From positions 4,223,760 through 4,287,759 of the forward strand of contig CAJINV010000006.1 in assembly GCA_905178155.1 (NCBI GenBank): a DNA stretch of 64,000 nt, in the 5' to 3' direction. This stretch comes from Amoebophrya sp. A120. Lineage: Eukaryota; Protista; Dinoflagellata. Each line of letters opens with the position of its first letter. Positions within the stretch are counted from its first letter, which is position 1. Made by a program: the position numbers and the translations under genes. Below, in pieces: positions 51,601-61,200 of this stretch. Below the pieces are notes generated by a model, which saw nothing but the letters and a program-made list of their open reading frames with translations, did not search any database and had not been told where the DNA came from.

Positions 51601-54600
51601 AGGTAGTTATTCCCGAAGCGGAAGAACTTGACGAACCTCCCGCCCGCCCAAAGCCCAAGGTCGTCAAGAAGAAAAGAAAGCAAAAGCCGAAGCCTGCAGT
51701 CGTGGTCAACAACAAAAAGGGTCGCCCGAAAGGTTCAAAGAACAAACCGGGAAGCAAAAAGCCAGGTCCTAAGCCAAAAGCAGCAGAAGCTGGAAACGTA
51801 TTTCAGTTGCCTGATGATTTTGACTTTGGTCGAGACTTGGACGAGTACCATGCCAAGCGCATTGAGGAAGAAGGTGAAGAAGTTTTTGCTCATGTGGTGT
51901 CACTCACCAGAGCGCAGATTCTTCGAGATCCTGATGCTCCGAAGTACATAGAGGCCGACGATGTTGAACGACTCAGACTTTTAGCAAAAGAGTGCTGGAC
52001 AGTAGACGAGAAACCACAAAAAGGCGACGAAGTTGTGCCGTCGTGCGTGATCTACACGAAGAAGAGATGTGGAACATACAAAGCGCGGCTGGTGGCACTA
52101 GGAAACTTACAGTCGAAAGAACTCTGTGGCGAAATTTACAGTCCTACCATTTCGCACGCAGCTAGTAGAGCCCTACTTGTTGACGCTGCTGCAAATGGGA
52201 AACGGATCAAATTTTTCGACATTTCAAATGCGTTCATTTGTGCGAGTTTAGGTGACGAGCGAGTTTTCGTGCGTCTTCCGAAGCACTGGAGCACTGATCC
52301 GAGAGGTGATGTCGTGCGCCTACTGAAGTCTCTTTATGGTCTTCGAATTAGCCCGCGTCGTTGGTTCGATACCTACAGGAAGACTTTGGAGGAACTAGGT
52401 TGGAAGATGTGTGAACGGGAGCCGGGGTTGTTCCGTAAAGGCGTTCTTACGTTGAGCGTGTACGTGGATGACTGTGTCATGAGTGGTGACACGGAAGAAA
52501 TTCTCGACAAAGAGATGGGGAAAATTTTGGACAAATTTCCTGGAAAAGTGATCCCGCCGAAAGCGAAACCAGGTGAAAAGGGTTGCGAAGTTTACGACCT
52601 CCTGGGGGCCACTCTGGAATACAACGCATCGAAAAAGACCATGAGGATCCACATGGCAGAGGCTATTGACAGAGTTTTGAAGAAATTCAATATGGTTGAT
52701 TGTCGGGGAGTTGCTACGCCTGTACTTCCTGGAAGACAGTTGCCAGAAATTCAGACTACTGAAGTTGATACTTCTGCACCGGAAACAAAATTCCCATTGC
52801 GTAGCCTCGTGGGTAGCCTGCAATATATCGCTTGTATGTGCAGGGTAGACATTGTCTACGCGGTGCAGCGTGTTGCAAGAGAAGTAGCAAATCCGACACC
52901 CCAAGCGGTGAAAGCAGCAAAACGGATTTTGGCCTACTTGAAAGCAACTCGGGAGATCGGTTCAGAATACTCGCCAAAAGCTGAAGAAGATTTTCGCACG
53001 GTTTACACCAAAGTGACAAAGGAGGCCAGTCGGGATTGTCCTGATTTGTGTGCTTTCAGCGATAGCGACTTTGCAGGGTGTACAGTTACACTGAAGTCCA
53101 CCAGCGGTAGTATCCTGTATTATCGTGGTTGTCCAGTCGCTTGGTCGTCAAAACGACAGACAGTCCGTGCTTCCAGCACGTGTGAGGCTGAGTATGTTGC
53201 GATTCATGACACGATCAAAATGTGCTTGAGCCAGGGCTGGTCAGATTGGTTTATGGAAACTGAAGGGGAAACGCTTCCGCTCATTTTCACAGACAATCAA
53301 AGTGCGTTAAGTCTCAGCAAGAGTAGTATCATCACTAAGCGTTCCAAACATATTGACTTGCGTTATCACATTGTCCGTGATCATTGTCAGGATTTGTGTT
53401 TTGTGCCGACAAAAGTAAACAAGGCCGACCCCCTGACCAAGGGCCTGCCTGGTGAAAAATATTTGTCTTTGTTCAAGACGGACCCAAAAGCAGAACTTCA
53501 CACAGTGCGCGCGTTTCATGTGTCGACTGACCTTCGGCCCATTGTACTAGAGCCCGCCACTGTTATGATGTTGACTGCGAAGCTAAGTAAAGCATCTGGA
53601 TTGACCATCCAGATCGAAGGAAAGCCCTACGACTTTGCCTAGTCGTTTGTGCCAAAAAGGAAGGAGGAATGAGGTATATGCTACAGGTGAACAGTGGTTA
53701 CTATAGCTTCGGAAGGGGGAATGTTGGATAGATCGGAATCATAAATGACCTAGTGACGATCAGAAGCATACTACGATGTAAATCGCGATGCAAATCTGGT
53801 CTGATGTCAAATCCCTCGGGCTTGTAGTGCCCTCGATCTGAAATCCATGATCCTCCTCCGATAGCCGTAGCCATCCTGTTTGTCATGCATATTGTCCATC
53901 CTCTTGATATCTCATCACACCCCTGCAGGTTGCGACTAGTACCCATACTAGTGCGTCGATAACAGATAGTAAACACACAGTGACTCGTAGTCACTTAGTA
54001 CTGCTAGTGCTTGTTCCCATCTCGTTTACCTCTGTTGTTGCTATCGTGCGTCTAGGCTTCTAACACATGCATAGGCTGGACATGTGCTGGTGTTTGTATT
54101 GCTGTTCATGCCATACAAATGAGGGGGAAGGGGACGAGTTGTGCACTTTCATATGGGGAAGAAGATCAGGCCACCGTGTTGGACATCCGCGACGAGGACC
54201 AAGAATCCGAGGAGGAGCTGGAATTGCACGACGGGGCGGTTGTGAAAAATGCTGGTGAGGATGGCGTGAAGATCGTCCGGCAGAAAGTGGATGAGGAGGA
54301 CGAAATCATGTATAGAATAAAGTGTTCTTTTTGCTTTCAGCTTATTTGTCATGCATCATAGACACTAGTGATTTTTTATTTCAAGCTGTCTGCATAGTGA
54401 CGCACGCATGACAAACTCAACACTTCTCAAGGTCGCCGCCGCTCTCGCCGGTTTTGGCAGCGGGGGATGTCGTATGAAGTGCAGAAGTATCGTACTAGTA
54501 TAAATTGCATTACAAATTTTCGCAGCATGAGAAATAAAATTTGTAATGCTGTAATGCTGTGGCGCCACATCCTCTTCCGCAAACGGAAGCGCAAGAACGA

Positions 54601-55532
54601 AAACAACAGGCCACGCCAAGATGTAGGTCAAGAAAACCAACCGCACCGAGGCGAGTCGAGGCGGCTAGATATTCATCCGAACACCGAGCTGCTGAGATGT
54701 CGATAGATCCTGATATTGATTATTCTCAAATAGAGATTGCCGATTTATCCACATCGTTTCTTGATTCAAGGTACAGACTCATCAATATCTTGATTCTCCG
54801 CGCTCCAGTATGCTGCCTGTGTGGAAGAATCTCAGATAGTCCGCGTGCGAAGGTAAAGGCCACATCTTAATATAGTAGATGTGGACTTTGTAGAACAAGA
54901 CGAAGGTCCGGCCAGATCCAACCGAGAGAAGGCGCTAGTGGGTCACAAAAGCTAGCACCTTGAAGCGCCTGATCGTGACAAAAAACGGGAGGTGAGCTCT
55001 GCCGCAAGCTGCTCCAGGGCGGAGGCAGCGAAGTGTCTACAGAGTTAAGGGACAAGCACCTAACATATATGGTGCCCGATATGACCCTAAACTCGCCCAA
55101 GCCCCGGACCGTCCCAGAGTAGACAGCCGCACCACAGAGGGTAAGCTTGTGAGCAGACGGAGCGCACCCGGCCGCGGCTCGAAGAGAAGAAGCTGCAACA
55201 GTGTACCTCAGTGCCCGCGACTCGAAGAGATGTAGTTGCATTATGGCGCGATTGGTACAAGGAACGGGAGACAATGCTGGCCGATTAGGTGTTTCTCCTG
55301 AGAGCGGTGCCTCCCTGCTCGTTTCCTCCGGGTGGTCTGCGACATCATGTTCCACTTGATAGCAATATGTATAGCTAAAAACAGGTGTGAAGGATCCTCC
55401 TCCTCCTCTAATGCTGTTTTACCTTGGAAAGGAAATGCGTCATGCATAATTGCAATTAGTACGAGTGCGATACTTTTGCACAGGATATGTCGCCCGGGTG
55501 GTGTCGCCGTAAGGTCGGAGTGCGGAAACTGA
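45698..55532 (+). CDS. Hypothetical single-pass membrane protein whose gene spans the copia insertion; 3' end uncertain
   Basis: MGTTT(SAPT)x3 start. TM segment AFIAGIMSVLAMIVV|VIVVYF is completed after removing the degenerate introner 46560-46770. Further introners at 46934-47218, 47384-54153 (ECSS|GEEDQ in frame), about 54311-54426 and 54473-55487. Confidence 0.55.
47529..47872 (+). repeat. 5' LTR
   Basis: TGTTGGATAG...CTTCTAACA, preceded by TSD CATGC. Confidence 0.97.
47875..47886 (+). promoter_or_regulatory. Atypical primer-binding site, complementary to own LTR (47734-47746)
   Basis: CTAGTCGCACCT lies 2 nt after the LTR and has no TGG start. It pairs with AGG(T)TGCGACTAG in the LTR. 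Confidence 0.6.
48321..49190 (+). CDS. gag: Copia Gag with C-terminal CCHC zinc knuckle
   Basis: IPPYDGNPKGWSDWRFKV (copia gag N-terminal motif) and CHKCKQLGHVRKDC immediately before TGA. The ORF is open from 48108. Confidence 0.9.
   Translation: MVDTNQVEKYSIPPYDGNPKGWSDWRFKVQALLQMLGILTLIENFLKTPSIDGWKDDTRAIGAQFFARLCVALTGDALEVVKKKTVVCISTAWGALLLEFDKRTKFARMRSLKDLLTTRKDKDQTVREFVQRKQNIFRDDLGGEVFRSELMTFGCFYNLGNAFDSFIMPHVIQDKPDNDNLLKLAEECESVLKDGGTEEDTAKPASLNLTQADHKAIAAEVVAQKGKKGGRWVNKNQHPYKNNNQKNNKGGGKGGKGDQQKGKGGGGDKSKIKCHKCKQLGHVRKDCPN
49191..53642 (+). CDS. pol: Copia Pol (protease, integrase, reverse transcriptase, RNase H), in frame with gag
   Basis: VVDSGASHHM; HERFGH..C..C; RSDND, NGVVERWN; YKARLVALG, SLYGLRISPRRWF, YVDDC; FSDSDFAG, STCEAEY, TDNQSA, ADPLTK. 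The frame is open from the codon after the gag stop. Confidence 0.95.
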   Translation, partial: RSWPGSDENCQISHAAKRRKTDVANVHVCETGSTSGQSSNVTCNQKLQSPSVYNVEVLESKTNVFETAPISNQCVLETASISDEKASICKIEDLPFARDSKLKGTTCKIEAEKSLLDSARVKNVKVPKMKENPLQKMPILHGVSRLYDPSNLKRKANPHEMAKNKNYEVADSARKAEGNCMDWTYFNLCKFVGESCNGVKDQQIFDFADTPKGFTVLVHGHHQGRDKKNENQEAQDWFGDWSKEREKGQTDQNGEKSAGAVSSLTFALLSKGNGKSAHGITIRPDGTQTTAVVDSGASHHMTGDLSCFQIVFWDDPVTLTVADRTLDTPAYRGYFHHNSLGLMGGLYHPDAKLFLVSVSLLNDENDCRVVFEGRDALYLQKKKTGFKIPMRRDTLTNLPQIDFAFHSLSELDTAGDLQNGKSRAAWSEPAFVNLTRADRLRQHERFGHFHIDGLEYGRCPLCDLAKSRQEGCKSERPEHCKPKAWLDQVDWDHTYGYPLGLDGEKFLLSGVETFHGWVENYPHREKDEAWKGLREWCLEVGKPKRVRSDNDPTFRGEKSDWRKYCLKQSPPIEPTTSAPFTPQRNGVVERWNQTSKNALRANMIGVDPRLWPYCSKYIAWTWNRLARKEQKSPFEKVHDRAPSLKYFKKFGVLCYARKHVTKSTDLGALDVRYERGAFLGYSKNSCYLVGVWRDDKRTKVGLRFTVIENRSCKFDESCTIADIDDLREKNRGTFVPFAAPDKLRVSNMPDPLVAPSGSHEPDQDAPRDQGDSGPNGATGDQQVEEGGKAVEGGKEESAAQAEEEVVIPEAEELDEPPARPKPKVVKKKRKQKPKPAVVVNNKKGRPKGSKNKPGSKKPGPKPKAAEAGNVFQLPDDFDFGRDLDEYHAKRIEEEGEEVFAHVVSLTRAQILRDPDAPKYIEADDVERLRLLAKECWTVDEKPQKGDEVVPSCVIYTKKRCGTYKARLVALGNLQSKELCGEIYSPTISHAASRALLVDAAANGKRIKFFDISNAFICASLGDERVFVRLPKHWSTDPRGDVVRLLKSLYGLRISPRRWFDTYRKTLEELGWKMCEREPGLFRKGVLTLSVYVDDCVMSGDTEEILDKEMGKILDKFPGKVIPPKAKPGEKGCEVYDLLGATLEYNASKKTMRIHMAEAIDRVLKKFNMVDCRGVATPVLPGRQLPEIQTTEVDTSAPETKFPLRSLVGSLQYIACMCRVDIVYAVQRVAREVANPTPQAVKAAKRILAYLKATREIGSEYSPKAEEDFRTVYTKVTKEASRDCPDLCAFSDSDFAGCTVTLKSTSGSILYYRGCPVAWSSKRQTVRASSTCEAEYVAIHDTIKMCLSQGWSDWFMETEGETLPLIFTDNQSALSLSKSSIITKRSKHIDLRYHIVRDHCQDLCFVPTKVNKADPLTKGLPGEKYLSLFKTDPKAELHTVRAFHVSTDLRPIVLEPATVMMLTAKLSKASGLTIQIEGKPYDFA
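53711..53721 (+). promoter_or_regulatory. Polypurine tract
   Basis: GGAAGGGGGAA abutting the 3' LTR. Confidence 0.9.
53722..54065 (+). repeat. 3' LTR
   Basis: Near-identical to the 5' LTR, followed by TSD CATGC. Confidence 0.97.
54561..55408 (+). mobile_element. About 850-bp non-LTR retroposon-like insertion with (TCC)n tail nested in family D introner 54473-55487
   Basis: Flanked by 9-bp TAATGCTGT, ends GGATCCTCCTCCTCCTC, and splits an otherwise 150-bp D element. Confidence 0.7.
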
Positions 55533-56044
55533 GAAAGAATATCAACTGTAAAAGTGTCTGGGTCTGGAAATTTGTGATGCATGTCAGTGAAAAGAAAGCA
55601 CACTGTAATGCGCCGCCAGGCATTACAAATTTATCCTTGGCTCCCTGTTGCGTATTCCGCATGACAAACAGCGTTTTTGCATGACAGATAAGAGGAGCTC
55701 TTGCTGGCCACGCAATACAGAGCTCCGTGTCATGCGCGACTAGCATGACAAATCCCGCCTCCTTCCAGACCCAGACATTTTTGCATTTGATAAAGAACGG
55801 ACTTGATGAACAACATCGTCAAGGGATTGTAAGGAGATCAGATGAAGATGAAATTAAAAACCGAAGTCAACGAAAACGGAAATTTGAAAAGCTGGAAAAT
55901 TAATATGGATGTTGAAAGCACGGAGGATAAGAAGTGTTGTGAACGAGGAAGTGAAGCGCTGCTCTGGTATACTTCTGTTTTGCCGCATCAACAAAAGAGC
56001 GCATCGATTTGTCTACAACATAATCGGGGCATGGAACGCCAGTT

Positions 56045-57176
56045 TTGAACATTCGTTTTGAGCTAAGAGCAACCGGCGATCTTTGTCGTGCATTGAAAAC
56101 ACCAAACATAAAACATCGAACAGGTACGTTACCTCACCCTGGTACCTCCATCGGGGGAGCTTCATGCAGACAAGAAAACCAGACACGAAGTAGAGTTATT
56201 GCGAGGAAGAAGAAATACGGTTGAAACAAGAAAAGAAAAGCTTCCAGTTTGTATCAGGTAATTGCGAGGAAGAATTCCAGTTTGTATCAGGTAAAGCTTT
56301 TTGCTTGACGCGACCATGAGGTTTTTATGCACGACCTTCTCCTGCATGCTCTCAGTAGATCACTGTCTCTTCCTGTTGCTGAGCATGAGAAATGCGAACA
56401 TTTGAAAAACAGGTACTGCTACTGAAAAACGTCGTTACTGACCTGCGGGGGAGACGCAATTCTCCGGTATAGAAGTTGTTTTGCTGCACCCAAGCGCATA
56501 TCAAATGTAAAAGTGTCTGGGTCTGGAAGATTCTGGGACTTGTGATGCATGTTTTGCATGACCCAGGACGTCTATAATGCACGCCCTAGCATCACAGATT
56601 TTTAGAGGGCTTCCTGATGCCTACTCCGCATGACAAACGCCCTCCCCGCGTAGCACAAACGAGACTCCTCTTGCTGGTCATGCAATACAGAGTTTCTTAG
56701 AGTCCGAAGTTAGCATCACAAGTTCCACTTTTCCAGACCCAGACATTTTTGCATTTGATAGCGCATTTGTCCACAACTGAATCGGCGCGTGGAATGGCGG
56801 TTCTGAACATTTGGAAAGAGCTATCAGCAACCGATCTTCGTCGTGCATTCAAATAAACATCAAAAATCAAACAGGTACAGTACCTTACCCTAGTACCATC
56901 GGGTAACTACTTGCAGACGAAAAAACAGACACGAAGTAGAGTTGTATATTGCGAGAACCCCAGCGTCAGAAGAGGAACAAGAAAAGCTAGAAGAGAGAAT
57001 TTCACTATGTCTCAGGCATACTATAATTTGGGTTGACACCGACACGCATGAGGTTTTTATGCACGTGCATACTCTCAGTCTCAGTAGATCCGGTCTTCCT
57101 GCGCATGAGAAATGCGAAAACTATGAAAACAGGTCATGAAGAAAAACGTCGCTACCTACCTGCGGGGGAGACGCAG
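56045..57176. repeat. Diverged direct duplication (about 400 bp x2) flanking introner 56499-56760
   Basis: Shared blocks GTCGTGCATT, AACAGGTAC, CAGACACGAAGTAGAGTT, CATGAGGTTTTTATGCACG, CTCAGTAGATC, GCATGAGAAATGCGAA and ACCTGCGGGGGAGACGCA at about 56045-56458 and 56805-57176. Confidence 0.75.
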
Positions 57177-58272
57177 CGAGACGGAAAAACCTATGGTGTG
57201 ACGGACAAGTAGTGGGGAGATGAAGATTGGCTTCTGCACTTCTGGAGGATGTTGAGTGGGAACAGCCGAGCCGGAATTTCTGCTACTTGTCAGCACTCAT
57301 TGAACTCCATTTGTACGATGCATTGCTACTCTGTCAAATAAGAATTGCCACGCAACTGTCACTATGTTTCGAAAATCAAAATGTACCTTACAAAGTCTGA
57401 AATTAATAACAGTTTCTATAAAAAAACAAATAACGTACACTATGACCATGTACCAAATATGACGAATTTACAAAATTTTGTTTCTCTTACTACACCTTGC
57501 TTTTATCACGATGCCAAATAAAAAATGGACACTACACCTTTGTTTACAACTGTAAAAAGCTGACTTCATCCTTGATGCAAGATATCGATAAAACCCTGTA
57601 CCAAAAATTTCAATGAGCGCACCGCGAACAAAATTAAAACTTGTATACGACCTGCACTACTGTAGTAGGGCGGAAGACGGATTGGAAATAACTGCGACCA
57701 AAGTATTCTTGTACGATTTGGAGGAAAAAAAGAAACAAGAGCCCAGCTCCTTACTTGGCCTCGCGTCCTGCAAAGGCACGTATTTGCTATTGCTTCTGTC
57801 GCATCCGTGTCTGCTTTGTTCCCTGAGTTTTTTCCCTGCGATTTTTTCCCCTTTCGATCTGGTTTCGGGTGACGCGGTGCAAGGCGAGATTTTCGAGGTT
57901 GATCATCCAGGATCTTCACAAGATTCGCTTCGAACCTGCGTCGGTCTTCCACATGTCTGTGCAGTCTGTTTTAGGTAGAGAAGTTTGTGGAGGCAGGTAA
58001 TACACGCTGCTGCAAACAAGATCTTGATCACTGCTTTCGTTGTCTACGCCTAGTAAAATTGATTCGGCGGAGGTCTAGGTCTTCAAGAAAAACTTGCGAT
58101 CTCGTACCGCCGGTACGCATGCAACACTTGTATCTTCTTCGCACGAGGTTTGCAGTTCATTTCGCCCCGGGATTGGGTCGTGAAAAAGAAGACGCACTAT
58201 AGTAGGCTCCGTGGTCATGATGCGCAATCAAACATAATTAGAATTAGACTGGAAATAAATAAGCCTTCCATC

Positions 58273-61200
58273 ATGGTCGTCGTTCGCAGAACCCATAGCC
58301 GCCGAGGCGGATCGCTTTCTTCGGCCGCGAGATGCGCCGGGGCTTGTCACGATGATCTGCAATGTCGTGGTCGACGGGTTCTTCAGTTGCTTGTGTGTCT
58401 GGTCGTGGTCCAGCAAGGCGCGGCAGAACCGGCCAGCAGTTGGAATGGCAAAGGAAACATCGTGATCCCGGTTCACTTATCAAATGTAAAAATGTCTGGG
58501 TCTGGAAGGATGCGAACTTGTGATGCGTGTTGCGGATCATACAAAAATCTGTGTTGCATGACTTGCAAAAGGTCCCCATTTCTAGCCATGCCGGGGGGGG
58601 ATTTCTCATGCAGAATAGGCATCACCAAGGGGCTGCAGAACCTGTGATGCTAGGCCCTGCATTCGAGACTTGGCGGAGCTTGGAAAAACTGCATGACAAA
58701 TCTCAGAATCTTCCAGACCCAGACATTTTTACATTTGATATCACTTTGCGAAGGAGAATAAATCTTCTGGCGTTCTTTTCCACGGAACCGCACAAAGACC
58801 AATACTACCGCAGGAGAGACAACAAGTATCGGAGGAAAAGAACGTTGTGGCCGATCTCCATGATCCCTCCCATACCGCCTCCACCACGCTTTTACTCGAC
58901 CAAGCCCGGCCGCTGGTCCAGGTGACGGTATTGCAAGGAAAAATCCACCCTCCCCATATTGAAAAAGTACCTCCTGAAAATTTGTGATGCAGATTTGTGA
59001 CCACAAATCCTGTCTGTCTTGTGAGAAGGCAAATCCAGGCTTTGTGCCACGCTATGCAGGCGATTTGTGATGCTGTAAGGACTACAGGGCAGCCGTCTAC
59101 CGTGCTAGGTGGCTACACCAAAAGGCACCTAGCCAGGCTTGCGATCTGCGTGCAGTCCTCTACCGCAAGACAAATCTGAGCTGTGTACGCCAATCCAGGA
59201 TGACAGATTTCCTTTTCGATATGGGGAGGGGGGATTTTTCCTTTTGATAGACGGTGGGCACCAACCAGAACCTCTCCCTCGTTCTGGACTCCCTGAGTCC
59301 GAGTGTGACGCTTTTCACGACGGAGAGCAAGGTGAACCAGTGCGGGGTGAAGGCGGATGCGTGTTTCCAGTTCGCAGGCCGGGGAAATGGCGTCGAGGAT
59401 GAGAACGACCAACAAGGGGTGCTGTGCCACTTGGAAAAAGACACAATACCGTGCAGACCAGGTACTATTTTAGTAGAGGACACTGTATCTGGTACTGAAC
59501 ACCGGCTGGTGCTCTCCGTGATGCGAAGTGCTGCATGACACTCACGGTCTTGCATGACAAATTAACAGGTTCCGGTGTTTTTCTCTCCTGCAAGGAGCCG
59601 TTCCTGCCCCCGGACGCGTTTTTCACGGACTCCCACTACGGCGAATCCTAGCCATTGTGAATATTTGTCAGGGTGGTCCTCTGGAAAGTTGAAATGCTTC
59701 TTTAAGCAGGGTACCTGTAGACGACAGTATTTACTACACACAACACTGTCACAGAGTTTCTACTGCATGGGTCTGCAGCGGTGCCGCTGTGCCCGGGGTC
59801 TGCAGCGGTGCCGCTGTGCCCGCAGCCCCGGTGCCTGCGTGCACGAGAAATCGCGTTTGTTTTCCCTGGCGGACCTGCTCTTCCGCAACCTGCATATTAG
59901 ACAAACACAATTTATTGCAGTCTTATTACACTCGCATTGTACAACTCTATTTCCAGACCCAGAGACGTGTTTCCACGGGATAAACCCATAACCCTGCCCG
60001 TCGACGGCAACGACTTGACAACCACCAGCGCCGAGGGCATTGCCGGGAAGTTTTCTCTCCGCGAGTCGGTTTTCACCATCGCAAACGCGCCCATGAGGTT
60101 TGTGAAGGGCTTGGACGTAGGTAGTAGTTCTGACACGGTTAGTATGACAGGAAAAAAGTGTTACAGTAGTTACACATTGTGTAGTTGCAAGACCGGCAAC
60201 ACAGACAACCTTTCTCATGCAGGAAAGGCTTGGGAGCCTCGTTTCCTTCCTGTTTTCCCTTATGATCTTCGCATTACAAGTTTTCTCTGCCACACAGAGA
60301 AAATTTGTGATGCAGAAACTACTCCAACAAATGTGTACACTTTTTTCTCGTCATAGTTAGAAGTAGAAGGACTTCTTCGGCGACAAGAGAAACCGCAGAG
60401 GGTACCGATTCTGGCGAGTATCAATCAAACCCCTATAACCTGCTCAGGTGTTACAATCTCAAACGTTACAATAGAATCTAGAATTTGTGTTACATGATGA
60501 GCATGACAGACTCGCGCAGCGTTCCACCTTTTGCAGTACAAATTTCGCCAGATTGTAGTGCGGTTTAGGGGTCCGGAACTTGTCATGCGCAATCCTATGA
60601 GAGTTGGCTAGATCATGCACTCTCGCATCACAGATTTCCATATTCTATTGTAACGCTTGAGATTGTAACACCTGAGCGGGTTATAACCCCGAGCCCAACT
60701 TTTTCGCCGGTTTTTTCGGGCTCGCCAAAGCGTCCGCTGGCTGCCGCGACCGGGGGTCGGGAGTCTGGGAGAACATTTTGCGGGCGGTGAACGGCGAGAA
60801 GCGGAACTTGCGAAACGAGGATCCGGAGTGGCGTTTGAAGCTGGTACCGCCGAAGCATTCGCTGTTTTACGAAGAGAGGGGGAAGGAGAACTCGTATCTG
60901 GAAATCGTAATGAACAAGCAAGTTCCTCTACTCGAAGATCAGGAAGAACAAGATCGCCAAAAACATCGTCCGGCCATTTCTAGCAAGAACAACGACCCAG
61001 TGGTCCTCCTCTACTCGGAACCCCGACAGCAAGACAAGTACATTCATTCTGCCCGGTTCGGGGAGTTTTTGATGTACAACCTCCAGATTTGCGGCACGAT
61101 ATCAATTGCAAATAGGTCATCTGGGTCCTCTGGACGATTGGTGCAAGGTTTTTGTCATGCAAGTTTCGCATCACCGCACAAGGTTTGGAATCATGCGCCG

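Larger units (their letters stand above)
47529..54065 (+). mobile_element. Full-length Ty1/copia LTR retrotransposon
   Basis: Two 344-bp TG...CA LTRs differing at one position that I could see, 5-bp TSD CATGC, PPT GGAAGGGGGAA, and PR-IN-RT-RH domain order. Confidence 0.97.
47384..54153. mobile_element. Family H introner expanded to 6.8 kb by the nested copia element
   Basis: Left TIR TATGAGAGTGCACAACTCG...CCCCTCATTTGTA, right TIR TACAAATGAGGGG...CGAGTTGTGCACTTTCATA, direct repeat CGGGG/TGGGG. Confidence 0.88.
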
